64,000 nucleotides of DNA from an uncultured bacterium (lineage in GTDB: Bacteria; Pseudomonadota; Alphaproteobacteria; MED-G09): positions 11,613 to 75,612 of the forward strand of contig CAXFAF010000002.1 in assembly GCA_964001285.1 (NCBI GenBank). The letters are read 5' to 3'. Position 1 is the first letter of the stretch. Every line of letters begins with the position of its first letter. The notes below the pieces were generated by a model. The model had not been told where the DNA came from and did no database searches. It saw only the letters and a program-made list of their open reading frames with translations. Shown here in pieces: positions 1 to 10,210 of the stretch. The position numbers and the translations under genes are program-made.

Positions 1-34
1 AATAGGAGTATTTATTTAGATTAGTATTTTTCAT
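1..34 (-). CDS. 5' fragment of a probable gene running off the window (MKNTNLNKYSY...)
   Basis: ATG at 34-32 lies 7 nt after the stop of the DASS gene and the frame stays open to the window edge; only 11 codons are visible. Confidence 0.35.
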   Translation of the reverse strand, partial: MKNTNLNKYSY

Positions 35-41
35 TTGTTTA

Positions 42-1484
42 TTACGAAATGACATATGGTAACAAGAAAACTGAAATTAATGCAATAATGATAATTCCAA
101 TAATATTTAAAACTACACCACTTATCATCATGGAGCGTATACTTATAAGACCTGATCCATAAACAATTAGATTTGGAGGAGTGGCTACAGGTAGCATAAA
201 TGCACAACTTGCTGCCAAAGTAATTGAAGCCCCAAACATAACTGGGTCTTCACCTAGCCCAATTGCTAAGGCTGCTATAACTGGAAGAAAAACACTTGTT
301 GTTGCAATGTTTGAAGTTAATTCAGTTAAGAAAACTATTAGTGTAACAGAAGCGAAAATAAGAGCCATAAGACCTAAAACACCGAATGGCTCAAGACCAT
401 TACCCAACCACGCAGCCAATCCTGTTGATGCAACCGCGTTTGCAAGACTTAAACCTCCTCCAAAAAGTATTAAAAGATTCCAAGGAACTTTCTGAGCTGT
501 CTCCCAATCCATCAATTTGCCATCTTTATCGCCGTCTGGAATTAAGAATAAAGTTATAGCAGAAATCATAGCGATAACATGATCGGTTAAATTAGCTAAG
601 AATGGTATCAATTGTAATAAATCCCTAAACATCCAAGATGCTGCAGTGATAGCAAATATTATTGCTACTCTTTTTTCGGCTATTGTCATTGGTCCTAACT
701 TTTCGTGCTGTGTTTGTAGGTGAAGAGATGTTTCTGTTCCTTTAGAAAAGCCTGTAGAATAAACAACTTTGGTCAATGCAAACCATGAAAGCGGAAGAAG
801 AAAAAGGACAACTGGTAAACCGACAGTCATCCATTCACGAAAACTAATCTCAACTCCGTAATTATTTTCTATAAAACTTGCAAAAATTGCATTAGGAGCT
901 GTCCCGACTAAAGTTGCCATACCCCCTATACTTGCCGCATGTGCAATTCCTAGAAGCAATGCTTTAGCAAAATCAGAGCTTTGCTCTTTTACTTCGTTTT
1001 GTTCGTTAATAATATGCGCTACTGATATACCAATTGGAAGTAACATTAGAGTGGTTGAAGTATTCATCATCCACATAGAAAGAAAAGCACTTACAAACAT
1101 AAAACCACCTATTAATGTTGGTCCAGTTTTGCCAGCAAATCTCAAAATATTTAGTGCTATCCTTTCATGAAGATTTGATTTTTGAATACTTAATGCAAGG
1201 ATAAACCCGCCAAGAAATAAAAAAATATTTTTATTTGCATAAGGAATGGCGGTTTCTGAAAAGCTAGAGATTCCTAGTAAAGGAAAAAAGACTAATGGAA
1301 ATAATGCTGTAACGAACAATGGTATGGCTTCAGTTGCCCATAAAACAGCAATCAAAACAGCAACAGCAGCAACATGCCAGGCTTCTATACTCAGGTCATA
1401 AGGTTTAGGGGATAAGAACAAAACTAAGAATAAAATAGAACCTACCAATAAACCGATATTTAGATTTGATAAAATTTTTTTCAT
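42..1484 (-). CDS. SLC13/DASS family Na+:anion (dicarboxylate/sulfate) symporter
   Basis: Polytopic membrane protein with SMWMMNTSTT, GTAPNAI, TELTSNIAT and FMLPVATPPN motifs typical of DASS. Confidence 0.9.
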   Translation of the reverse strand: MKKILSNLNIGLLVGSILFLVLFLSPKPYDLSIEAWHVAAVAVLIAVLWATEAIPLFVTALFPLVFFPLLGISSFSETAIPYANKNIFLFLGGFILALSIQKSNLHERIALNILRFAGKTGPTLIGGFMFVSAFLSMWMMNTSTTLMLLPIGISVAHIINEQNEVKEQSSDFAKALLLGIAHAASIGGMATLVGTAPNAIFASFIENNYGVEISFREWMTVGLPVVLFLLPLSWFALTKVVYSTGFSKGTETSLHLQTQHEKLGPMTIAEKRVAIIFAITAASWMFRDLLQLIPFLANLTDHVIAMISAITLFLIPDGDKDGKLMDWETAQKVPWNLLILFGGGLSLANAVASTGLAAWLGNGLEPFGVLGLMALIFASVTLIVFLTELTSNIATTSVFLPVIAALAIGLGEDPVMFGASITLAASCAFMLPVATPPNLIVYGSGLISIRSMMISGVVLNIIGIIIIALISVFLLPYVIS

Positions 1485-1603
1485 TGATCTTTATTAAAAT
1501 GTTAACAGTAATTTATTTATAAATTTTTAAATTTAAAAGGATAGAATTTAATAAATTTTTATGATTATGTTACTATAAATTATTTATAGCCAGGGGTAAT
1601 TCA

Positions 1604-2635
1604 ATGGGAAATCAAATAATTAACAGAATGTTAAAATTAAAAACTAGACCTATGATGGGTGAAGTTTCATCAGATAACTTTGAGCTAGTTGAGGAGGAAG
1701 TAAGAGATATTGAAGATGGCGAAATATTGGTTAAAAACCTTTATTTATCATTTGATCCAACACAAAGAGGTTGGTTAAATGATGTTCCATCTTATATTCC
1801 TCCAGTTGAAATTGGCGAGGTAATGAGAGCCGGTTCAGTTGGAAGAGTAATTGAGTCAAAAAATGAAAATTTTTCTCCAGAAGATATTGTTCAAGGATCT
1901 TTTGGTTGGCAGGAATATGCTATTTCTGGTGGAAGTTCAGGTTTTATGCCACCTCAAAAACTTCCTGAAGGAATTTCTCCAACATCTGCTTTAAGTATCT
2001 ATGGTATTACAGGATTAACTGCGTATTTTGGAATGCTTGATATAGGTAAACCTAAAAATAATGATACTGTTCTTGTTTCTGGAGCTGCCGGCGCTACAGG
2101 TTCTGTAGCCGGACAAATTGCAAGAATTAAGGGCGCTACTAATGTAATTGGTATTGCAGGAGGGCCAGAAAAGTGTAAATGGGTAGTTGATGAAGCTGGC
2201 TTTGATAGTTGTATAGATTATAAAAATGAAGATGTAGGTCAAAGAATTACTGAATTAGCTCCTAAAGGTTTGAATGTTTATTTTGATAATGTTGGCGGTT
2301 CAATTCTTGAGTTAGCACTCGGCAACATCACCCAAAAAGCAAGAGTTGTAATGTGCGGAGGAATCTCATCAGGATATACTATGGAAAGATTAGCACCGGG
2401 ACCTTCAACTATATTTAACCTGATTATTCAAAGAGCGAGAATGGAAGGTTTTATCGTAATTGATTATGCCGAACAATTTCCCAATGCAATAATGGAATTA
2501 GCAGGTTGGGTTGCTGAAGGAAAAATAACTTATAGGGAAGATATCGCGGAAGGTCTTGAAAACTGCCCTGGAACATTAGCTAATTTATTTAAGGGAAAGA
2601 ACTTTGGCAAACAACTGCTTAAGCTTTCTGACTAA
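1604..2635 (+). CDS. NADP-dependent alkenal/one (ene) reductase, MDR PTGR/CurA family
   Basis: LYLSFDPTQRGW, GLTAYFG, VSGAAGATGS, YFDNVGG, C-terminal GKNFGKQLL; SD AGGGG. Confidence 0.9.
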   Translation: MGNQIINRMLKLKTRPMMGEVSSDNFELVEEEVRDIEDGEILVKNLYLSFDPTQRGWLNDVPSYIPPVEIGEVMRAGSVGRVIESKNENFSPEDIVQGSFGWQEYAISGGSSGFMPPQKLPEGISPTSALSIYGITGLTAYFGMLDIGKPKNNDTVLVSGAAGATGSVAGQIARIKGATNVIGIAGGPEKCKWVVDEAGFDSCIDYKNEDVGQRITELAPKGLNVYFDNVGGSILELALGNITQKARVVMCGGISSGYTMERLAPGPSTIFNLIIQRARMEGFIVIDYAEQFPNAIMELAGWVAEGKITYREDIAEGLENCPGTLANLFKGKNFGKQLLKLSD

Positions 2636-2636
2636 A

Positions 2637-3575
2637 TTAGCTAGATAAATTCTTAAATAAATCTATTGTAGAATAGAATTCTTCAATTGTTTCATTAATT
2701 ATATCCTTAACGGATTTTTCTTTTTCTATTCTTCCTGCTACCTGACCAGTCAGTGCTATGGAAGCTTCCATATCCCCACCAAAATACAAATCGAGAGCAG
2801 TACCAAATTCCTGCATAGCATTAACATCATCGTTTTTTTCAAGAAGATTCGTTTTTTCAGTTCTAAGCGCTCGTAATGCGGGACTTGAGAATCTATTAAG
2901 TAAAACAGTTGATTGGTCGTCAGCTGAAAAGATAGCCCCCTTCCAGTTTTCATGAACTGGCGATTCTTTTGAAGAAACCATTCTTGTTCCCATCTGAATA
3001 CCTTCTGCTCCTAAAGAAAAAGCAGCAGCCATAGTTTTCCCATCAACGAAACCGCCTGCAGCTATAATTGGTACATTAACTTTTGAACAAACTAACGGTA
3101 AAAGAACCATCGATGCTACACCATTTGGACTTTTGAATCCTCCTCCTTCAAATCCTTCAACAACTAGACCATCAACACCCGCATCAATTGCCTTAAGTGC
3201 CGCCGAAAGAGAAGGAATAACATGAAAAACAGTTAAACCTGCATCTTTTAAATCAGCACAATATTTATTTGGATCTCCTGCAGAGGTAGTTACAAATTTA
3301 ACACCCTGATCAATAATAAAGCTCACTATATCTGGATCTCTTACAAAAGCTTGAGCGATATTCACACCGAAAGGTTTATTTGTTTTTTCTTTCATTAGCT
3401 TTATTTCTTCTCTGATTGCATCCAGCTCTCCTGATGATGTTTCAATTATTCCTAATCCTCCAGCCTCAGAAACAGCAGATGCTAATTGTGACCTTGCAAT
3501 CCAACCCATTGGCGCTTGAATAATTGGATAATCAATTCCTAGCATTTCTGTTAAACGATTTTTAATAGGTTTCAT
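2637..3575 (-). CDS. Nitronate monooxygenase/FabK-like FMN TIM-barrel oxidoreductase
   Basis: YPIIQAPMG, AVSEAGGLG, EGFEGGG, PIIAAGG, GIQMGTR. Confidence 0.85.
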   Translation of the reverse strand: MKPIKNRLTEMLGIDYPIIQAPMGWIARSQLASAVSEAGGLGIIETSSGELDAIREEIKLMKEKTNKPFGVNIAQAFVRDPDIVSFIIDQGVKFVTTSAGDPNKYCADLKDAGLTVFHVIPSLSAALKAIDAGVDGLVVEGFEGGGFKSPNGVASMVLLPLVCSKVNVPIIAAGGFVDGKTMAAAFSLGAEGIQMGTRMVSSKESPVHENWKGAIFSADDQSTVLLNRFSSPALRALRTEKTNLLEKNDDVNAMQEFGTALDLYFGGDMEASIALTGQVAGRIEKEKSVKDIINETIEEFYSTIDLFKNLSS

Positions 3576-3634
3576 TTTTCTGATTCCTTAGTAATATAAT
3601 ACATTACGATTTTTTATAGTTTATAATAGCAAAC

Positions 3635-4978
3635 ATGACATTCAACAAATTACTTAATTTTTTTAATGAAAAAATCATTTCTAAGGGTCGTAACAAAATA
3701 ATACAACGATTTGTTAGTGAAAATAACTTATTGGCTCAAAGAAAGAAAAAAGAAAAAAAACGTATTACAGAAAATAGGCTGCATGAAATTTACTATTTCC
3801 ATCAAGTTGATGATCCTTATTCACTTTTAATTTTATCAACTATAGAAGAATTAAAAAACAGATATAATATAAAGTTATCCTGTATACTAGTTGGCGAACC
3901 ACCTAAAGAAACGATTCATGAACCGAATATGTATGAATTACATTGTTTAAATGATGTAAGGAATATGGCCCATTGGTATGGAATTGATAATCAAATAAAG
4001 GATTACCCGCCAGAAAAAGTAATACAAGATGCTAATAAAATTCTATCCTCATGCGATGAGAAATCCTTTATTAACCTGGCAATTGGCGTTTCTAAAAGTA
4101 TTTGGTTGAAAGATTCTAATGCGCTTGAAAATTATTTATCGGATAACATGAAAAGTGACAGTGAGGTAAGAAATATTCTCCAAGATGGTGACCAGTTAAG
4201 AAAAGAGAGTGGTTATTATTTCGGTTCCGCTTTTCATTATGAAGGTGAAAATTATTGGGGGGTAGATAGACTTGATCATTTAGAGGATCGGTTAACTGAC
4301 TTAGGTCTAAAAAAGACTGATTCAGAAGGTTATATTTCTAGGAGAAAAGAAATACATCTTAATAAAGATAATATAGATAGAAAATTAATCCTTAACTTCT
4401 ATCCTTCTCTTAATAGTCCTTATACTTATATAAGTTTTCCAAGGGTAAAAAGTTTAGCTCAAAAATATTCATTAAGAATTGTTACAAAACCAGTTTTGCC
4501 GATGCTTATGCGTGGTATGAGTATACCAAGATATAAGGTTAAATATATTTTAAGTGATGCTGCCAGAGAAGGAAGAAAATATGGGACAATCATAAAAGAT
4601 GTTTATTCCCCTTTAGGAGAGCCTGCTGAAATGGCTTACTCTTTATTTCCTATAATTGATGAGTTAGGAAAAGGTTTTGATTATATACAGAGTTTAACTA
4701 AAGCCTCTTTTCATGATGGAGTAAATATAGGAGATAAAACTTTTTTAAAGGATTTAGTTAATCAACTAGATCTTTCTTGGGAAAATGTGAGTACAGAATT
4801 AAATTCTGATATTTGGCGAGCAATTTTAAAAGATAATTTAGAGGATATGTATTCTGGTAATTGTTGGGGTGTACCATCTTTCAAATTAACTGATGAAGAT
4901 GGTAAGAATTCCTTTTATCAGTGGGGGCAAGACAGATTGTGGCTTATAGAAAATGAGGTTATTAGAAGATTAAATTAA
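3635..4978 (+). CDS. Tandem DsbA/HCCA-isomerase (GST-kappa)-like protein
   Basis: Two repeats: FHQVDDPYS...YWGVDRL and FYPSLNSPYTY...WGVPSF...WGQDRL. Confidence 0.75.
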   Translation: MTFNKLLNFFNEKIISKGRNKIIQRFVSENNLLAQRKKKEKKRITENRLHEIYYFHQVDDPYSLLILSTIEELKNRYNIKLSCILVGEPPKETIHEPNMYELHCLNDVRNMAHWYGIDNQIKDYPPEKVIQDANKILSSCDEKSFINLAIGVSKSIWLKDSNALENYLSDNMKSDSEVRNILQDGDQLRKESGYYFGSAFHYEGENYWGVDRLDHLEDRLTDLGLKKTDSEGYISRRKEIHLNKDNIDRKLILNFYPSLNSPYTYISFPRVKSLAQKYSLRIVTKPVLPMLMRGMSIPRYKVKYILSDAAREGRKYGTIIKDVYSPLGEPAEMAYSLFPIIDELGKGFDYIQSLTKASFHDGVNIGDKTFLKDLVNQLDLSWENVSTELNSDIWRAILKDNLEDMYSGNCWGVPSFKLTDEDGKNSFYQWGQDRLWLIENEVIRRLN

Positions 4979-5991
4979 CCGCCAGTAACAGACATATGTC
5001 TTTCTATCTTAGGTAATTCTGATCGAGATTTAATAGAAAACTCATGTTTTTCAGGTTTTTTTCGCATAGCAAGATCAATAGCGTCATTTAATTTATTTCT
5101 ATCACCTGATCTTAAAATTTCCTTAAAATCAATTTTATCATCTTGACCTAGGCACATATACAATAATCCCGTGCAAGTTATTCGTATTCTGTTGCAACTA
5201 CTGCAAAAATTATTAGATAGGGGTGTGATGAATCCTATATTCTTGTTTGTTTCTAAAGCGGTATAATAATTTGAGGGTCCTGAAGTTTTGTAATTACTTT
5301 TCTTTAAAGTAAATTTATTTTCAATTATCTTTTTCATTTTATTAATTGAAAAATATTGATCAAAACGATTATCTTCGATCTCACCCATCGGCATCGTTTC
5401 AATCAAGCTAATGTCAAAATTATTTGAATGTGACCAAGAAATAATATCTGTAATTTCATCAACATTTATATTTTTAAGGACAACAGTATTAATTTTTATT
5501 TTAAAGCCAATTCTTTTAGCTTTATTTATACCTTTTAAAACTTTTTTTAGGTTGTTCCTACGAGTTATTTCTTGAAATCTCTTTTCAGACAGAGTGTCTA
5601 AAGAAATATTAATTCTTTTGACTCCTGATTTATATAATTCTTCGCCATACTCCTCTAGCAAAGTTCCATTTGTAGTCATAGTTATTTCATCAAGGGTATT
5701 ATTTTTTTTGTAGTAATTAATATTTGATATAAAATCTAAAATACCCTTTCTAACAAGAGGTTCTCCTCCAGTTAATCTAATTTTTTTAATTCCCCTTGAT
5801 ATGAATTGTTCACATAATTTCTCCAGCTCATTAAATGAAAGGATATCTTTCTTGGGAAGAAATTTCATTTTTTCTGGCATACAATATGTGCATCTCAAAT
5901 TGCATCGATCCGTTACAGAAATTCTTAAATAATCTATTTTACGGCCAAAGCTATCGGTAAGAACATTTGAATGTCTTGGGATTTTAAGCAT
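4975..5991 (-). CDS. moaA: GTP 3',8-cyclase (molybdenum cofactor biosynthesis)
   Basis: YLRISVTDRCNLRCTYCMP radical-SAM motif, RLTGGEP, FCSSCNRIR, C-terminal MSVTGG. Confidence 0.97.
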   Translation of the reverse strand: MLKIPRHSNVLTDSFGRKIDYLRISVTDRCNLRCTYCMPEKMKFLPKKDILSFNELEKLCEQFISRGIKKIRLTGGEPLVRKGILDFISNINYYKKNNTLDEITMTTNGTLLEEYGEELYKSGVKRINISLDTLSEKRFQEITRRNNLKKVLKGINKAKRIGFKIKINTVVLKNINVDEITDIISWSHSNNFDISLIETMPMGEIEDNRFDQYFSINKMKKIIENKFTLKKSNYKTSGPSNYYTALETNKNIGFITPLSNNFCSSCNRIRITCTGLLYMCLGQDDKIDFKEILRSGDRNKLNDAIDLAMRKKPEKHEFSIKSRSELPKIERHMSVTGG

Positions 5992-6076
5992 AATTTGTGA
6001 GTATAATATAAAAAGTAAAAATATTGTAATTTAAAAAACTTAAAAAACCCTATTTTGCTTGATAATATTGACTATA

Positions 6077-6092
6077 TGCAAAAAACATGCCA
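6077..6092 (-). promoter_or_regulatory. Sigma54 -24/-12 consensus site, inverted relative to rpoN (TGGCATGTTTTTTGCA)
   Basis: Reverse complement of 6077-6092 matches TGGCAY-N5-TTGCW with exact GG-N10-GC spacing, about 30 nt upstream of the rpoN ATG. Confidence 0.75.
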
Positions 6093-6121
6093 TTTAAATA
6101 TAATTAACCGATAAATTTATC

Positions 6122-7552
6122 ATGCCTAAGATTTCTTTAATACAAGATATAAAACAAAGTCAAAAAATGGCTTTGACACCTCAATTGCTCAAGGCAATCA
6201 AATTGCTTGAATTAAACAATATTGAATTAGACAATTATCTTGAAAAAGAAATCCTTGATAACCCTTTATTGGAGAAAGAAAATAATGATGAAGTTGATTT
6301 AAGAGATGATTCTTTATTAGATAGTGAAGATTTTAATGATGTGAAAGATAATGACTCAGATTTTTTTGAATATATTGGGGAGAGTGCACCTGTTTTCGAT
6401 ACAAGTAATTTATATGACAGTTCGAGTAGTAATAAAAAAATAAATAATGTTTTAGAGGAGACCTTGCCTTCAAAAAAAAGTCTATTCGAAAATATTTTAA
6501 ATCAAATAAATATAACTTTTGAAACTAAGATAGACCGACTTATTGCATCGGCAATATTAGAATTTATTGAACCTAATGGTTATTTGAAAGTATCTATAAA
6601 TGAGCTTTCGGCTGATTTGAATATTAGCCCACTAAAAATAGAAAAAATATTACTTACATTAAAGACTTTTGAGCCAGTAGGTATTTTTTCTCAGAATTTA
6701 GAGGAGTTTTTAGCAATCCAATTAAAAGAAATGGGTTATTTAGGTAAAACTACAAAAATTTTAATCAATAATCTATCTAAGTTAGCAACTGGTAATATTA
6801 ATTCTTTAGTAAAAGATTGTGGTGTTGAAAAAGATGTTGTTTTAAAAAAGTTGGATTATATAAAGAGATGTCAATCAGCTCCGATTGATATTAATGATTA
6901 TTTAAAAATTGAAACTTATCCGCCAGATATTATTGTTAAGAAAATAAAAAGTAATTGGATCGTAAGTTTAAATGAAGAGACGCTTCCAAAAGTAGTTGTT
7001 TTATTAGGATATTGGGAAGAATTATCAAAAAAGAAATTATCTAAGGATGATAAGAAATATCTTGCTTCAAATCTTATCTCTGGAAAGGGTATAGTTAAGG
7101 CTCTTGAGCAAAGAGCAGCCACAATCTTAAAGGTTTCAAATGCTATAATGAAAAGGCAGGTAAGGTTTTTAGAAGAAGGCATCATGTTTATAAAACCTTT
7201 AAAGTTAAAGGATATAGCAGAAGAATTGGATATTCATGAAAGTACTGTATCTCGTATTACAAATTCAAAAACAATATCAACACCACGTGGAACCTATGAG
7301 CTTAGATTCTTTTTCTCTACATCCTTAACTAGCTCAATGGATTTAGGCGGTTTATCTTCTAAAGTTGTGAAAGAAAAAATTTTACAACTTATAAATCATG
7401 AAGACATGAATGTTTTATCGGATAATAAATTATCGATTTTATTAAAAAGCCAAGGAATTAATGTTGCCAGGAGAACTGTCACGAAATATCGAGAAGAAAT
7501 GAATTTACCTCAATCACATAAGAGAAAAAGATTGAAACTATTAGCTGTTTAG
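6122..7552 (+). CDS. rpoN: RNA polymerase sigma-54 factor
   Basis: Region I QSQKMALTPQLLKAIKLL, HESTVSR HTH, RpoN box ARRTVTKYRE. Confidence 0.97.
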   Translation: MPKISLIQDIKQSQKMALTPQLLKAIKLLELNNIELDNYLEKEILDNPLLEKENNDEVDLRDDSLLDSEDFNDVKDNDSDFFEYIGESAPVFDTSNLYDSSSSNKKINNVLEETLPSKKSLFENILNQINITFETKIDRLIASAILEFIEPNGYLKVSINELSADLNISPLKIEKILLTLKTFEPVGIFSQNLEEFLAIQLKEMGYLGKTTKILINNLSKLATGNINSLVKDCGVEKDVVLKKLDYIKRCQSAPIDINDYLKIETYPPDIIVKKIKSNWIVSLNEETLPKVVVLLGYWEELSKKKLSKDDKKYLASNLISGKGIVKALEQRAATILKVSNAIMKRQVRFLEEGIMFIKPLKLKDIAEELDIHESTVSRITNSKTISTPRGTYELRFFFSTSLTSSMDLGGLSSKVVKEKILQLINHEDMNVLSDNKLSILLKSQGINVARRTVTKYREEMNLPQSHKRKRLKLLAV

Positions 7553-8754
7553 GTTTTGATCATTTTTCTTTTTTCTAACTCTTTAATTTCTTCTTCACTA
7601 TAGTTAAGTTCAGTTAAAATCTTTATTGTATGTTGGCCTATTTCTGGAGCAACTTTAGGATCTTTTTTGTTTTCCCCTTTCATATAAACTGGACTATCTA
7701 TTGTGTATAAATCTTCTCGATCAGTATAATTTTTAAATAAATCATTTTCCTTTATTTGAATATCATCAATGTGATCATTTGGTTCTGATATTGGTCCAAA
7801 AGTTACACCTGATTTTTGGAATAAGGATTGCCAGGCTTTCCAATCTTTCTTTATAAATTCTTTATCTAGTATCTCCATTAATTCTAGAGAATGCTTTGCT
7901 CTTTTTTCTCTTGAGTTAAATCTTTTATCTTCTTTTAGATCTTCTCTATGTAAACAATTTAATAATAAAGGCCATTCCCTCTCTTCGTTAAGCATTACCA
8001 GAATAAACCATCTATCATCTTTACATTTATATTTCTCTGCAAGAGCTCCTTTAGTTCCTCGACCATCGTTATTAATAAAATTAGCTCCGCACAAAGCTGC
8101 TTGAATAAAAATTCCATTTGACCATAATCCATTTGCCAAAAGAGATGATGAAACCTCAGAACCTTCACCTGTTATTTCTCTTTTATAAAGCGCCATCATT
8201 ATTGATCCAAAAAGAGCAGAAGCTGTCGGGTGGTCACCCATGCCTGGAGCAGGAGAATTAGGCATCGCGCTTGAATCACTTCTGATTGCATGCATAAGGC
8301 CTGACCTTGCCCACCAAGCTGTTGCATCATAACCAGTTCTGTCTTTTTCGGGACCTGATTCTCCATAAGGAGATAGTGATGCGTATATAAGTTTTTTATT
8401 TAGCGCCATCATTTCTTCAGGATTAATTTTTAATTTATCTCGAATAGGGAAGGGATAATTCGTAATAAATATATCCGCTTTAGAAACTAAGTTATGCAGA
8501 ATTTTTTGCGCTTCATCAAATTTAAGATCTATTGCTAAACTTTCCTTGTTTCTACTAGTTAATAACCATGGATAATTTTCATCACTCTCAGGAAGACCAG
8601 GTAACCTTAAAAGTCCTCGATAACTATCGCCAGCCTCAGGGGGTTCAATTTTTATAACCCTCGCTCCGAAATCTGATAAAATTGTCGCCGCTGCTGGACC
8701 CGCAATATAACTTGCGCAATCAATAACAAGAATTTTGTCTAATAAATGGTCCAT
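7549..8754 (-). CDS. Family III CoA-transferase (CaiB/BaiF)
   Basis: IAGPAAATILSDFGARVIKIEPP, RNKESLAIDLK, GYD, GMGD, APEIGQHT. Confidence 0.92.
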   Translation of the reverse strand: MDHLLDKILVIDCASYIAGPAAATILSDFGARVIKIEPPEAGDSYRGLLRLPGLPESDENYPWLLTSRNKESLAIDLKFDEAQKILHNLVSKADIFITNYPFPIRDKLKINPEEMMALNKKLIYASLSPYGESGPEKDRTGYDATAWWARSGLMHAIRSDSSAMPNSPAPGMGDHPTASALFGSIMMALYKREITGEGSEVSSSLLANGLWSNGIFIQAALCGANFINNDGRGTKGALAEKYKCKDDRWFILVMLNEEREWPLLLNCLHREDLKEDKRFNSREKRAKHSLELMEILDKEFIKKDWKAWQSLFQKSGVTFGPISEPNDHIDDIQIKENDLFKNYTDREDLYTIDSPVYMKGENKKDPKVAPEIGQHTIKILTELNYSEEEIKELEKRKMIKT

Positions 8755-8836
8755 TTTTTGATTAAATGATAATTTTTTTTTACTATTTATGCAATTAAAC
8801 CTTTATAAATAGCTGATATTATAATTTTAAAAAAAG

Positions 8837-10210
8837 ATGACAGATAAAATTAAACCAAATTCATATGCCGCCCTTGATGCCGCTCACCACTTCCACCCAT
8901 ACTCCAATGCGAGGAAAATAGAAGATCTAGGGCCAATGGTTATAGAAAAAGGTAAGGGTATTAAGGTCTGGGACGATCAAGGAAATGAGTATATTGAAGC
9001 CATGGCGGGCTTATGGTCTGTTGCTGTAGGATTTGGTGAAGATCGACTGGTGGAGGCAGCTAAAAAACAGCTTGAAACATTACCATATTACCATTCATTT
9101 ACCCATAAATCCCATCCATCTGTAGCTGAGTTATCCCAAAAACTGACTGATATGGTTGGTTTGGGGATGACACATGTTCATTATACAAATTCAGGTTCTG
9201 AGGCAAATGATTCAGCTATGAAAATGATTTGGTACTATAACAATGCTTTAAATAGACCTAAAAAGAAAAAGATAATCTCTAGGATGAAGGCATATCACGG
9301 GATAACAATAGCCTCAGGTAGCCTAACTGGTATACCTATGATGCATAACGATTTTGACCTTCCTATTGATGGCGTGCTTCATACAAGATGCCCACATTAT
9401 TGGAGAGAAGGTGAGGAAGGAGAGACTGAAGAGGAATTTGCAACTAGATGCGCTAATGAATTAGAAGACCTTATATTAAAAGAAGACCCAGAAACTGTAG
9501 CTGCATTCTTTGGTGAGCCCGTAATGGGGGCCGGAGGCCTTATAGTTCCTCCAAAAACATATTGGAAAAAAATACAAGAAATTTGCAAAAAATATGATGT
9601 TTTAATAGTCGCAGACGAAGTTATAAATGGCTTTGGGAGAACTGGTAAAAAATTTGCTTGTGATCTTTATGGAATAGAACCAGATTTTCTAATTTTATCC
9701 AAACAAATTACTTCAAATTATATACCTATGGGTGTTGTTTTGCTGACCAATAGAATTTATCAAGCGATTGCAGATAATACTGTTAAAAATAACCTCTACG
9801 GAAGTGGATTTACTTCATCAGGTCATCCTGTTGCATGTGCAGTGGCTTTAGCAAATATTAAAATATTGGAGGAAGATGGTTTGATGGATAGAGTTCCAAT
9901 TCTTGAGCCTATTTTTCAACAGAGGCTTAAGAATCTAGAAGAAAAGGAACTAGTTGGAGAGGCAAGAGGTGTAGGGTTAATGGGCGCTGTTGAATTAGTC
10001 AGTGATAAGAAAACGCTTTCTACATTTGATCCTATAGGCAGTGCTGGGCCTGTTCTAGCTGAAGTTGGACATAGCGAAGGCATAATTCTAAGGGCTATTG
10101 GTGATGTCTTAGCAGTATGTCCACCATTAATTATTACCGAAGATGAAATAAACGAATTATTTGATAGATTTGAGAGAACTCTTGATAAAGGTTTAGAGGC
10201 GATTATATAG
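8837..10210 (+). CDS. Class III PLP aminotransferase (omega-amino acid/GABA/putrescine:pyruvate type)
   Basis: MAGLWSV, NSGSEAND, AYHG, EPVMGAGG, ADEVINGFGRTG, PLP lysine in LSKQITS. Confidence 0.9.
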   Translation: MTDKIKPNSYAALDAAHHFHPYSNARKIEDLGPMVIEKGKGIKVWDDQGNEYIEAMAGLWSVAVGFGEDRLVEAAKKQLETLPYYHSFTHKSHPSVAELSQKLTDMVGLGMTHVHYTNSGSEANDSAMKMIWYYNNALNRPKKKKIISRMKAYHGITIASGSLTGIPMMHNDFDLPIDGVLHTRCPHYWREGEEGETEEEFATRCANELEDLILKEDPETVAAFFGEPVMGAGGLIVPPKTYWKKIQEICKKYDVLIVADEVINGFGRTGKKFACDLYGIEPDFLILSKQITSNYIPMGVVLLTNRIYQAIADNTVKNNLYGSGFTSSGHPVACAVALANIKILEEDGLMDRVPILEPIFQQRLKNLEEKELVGEARGVGLMGAVELVSDKKTLSTFDPIGSAGPVLAEVGHSEGIILRAIGDVLAVCPPLIITEDEINELFDRFERTLDKGLEAII

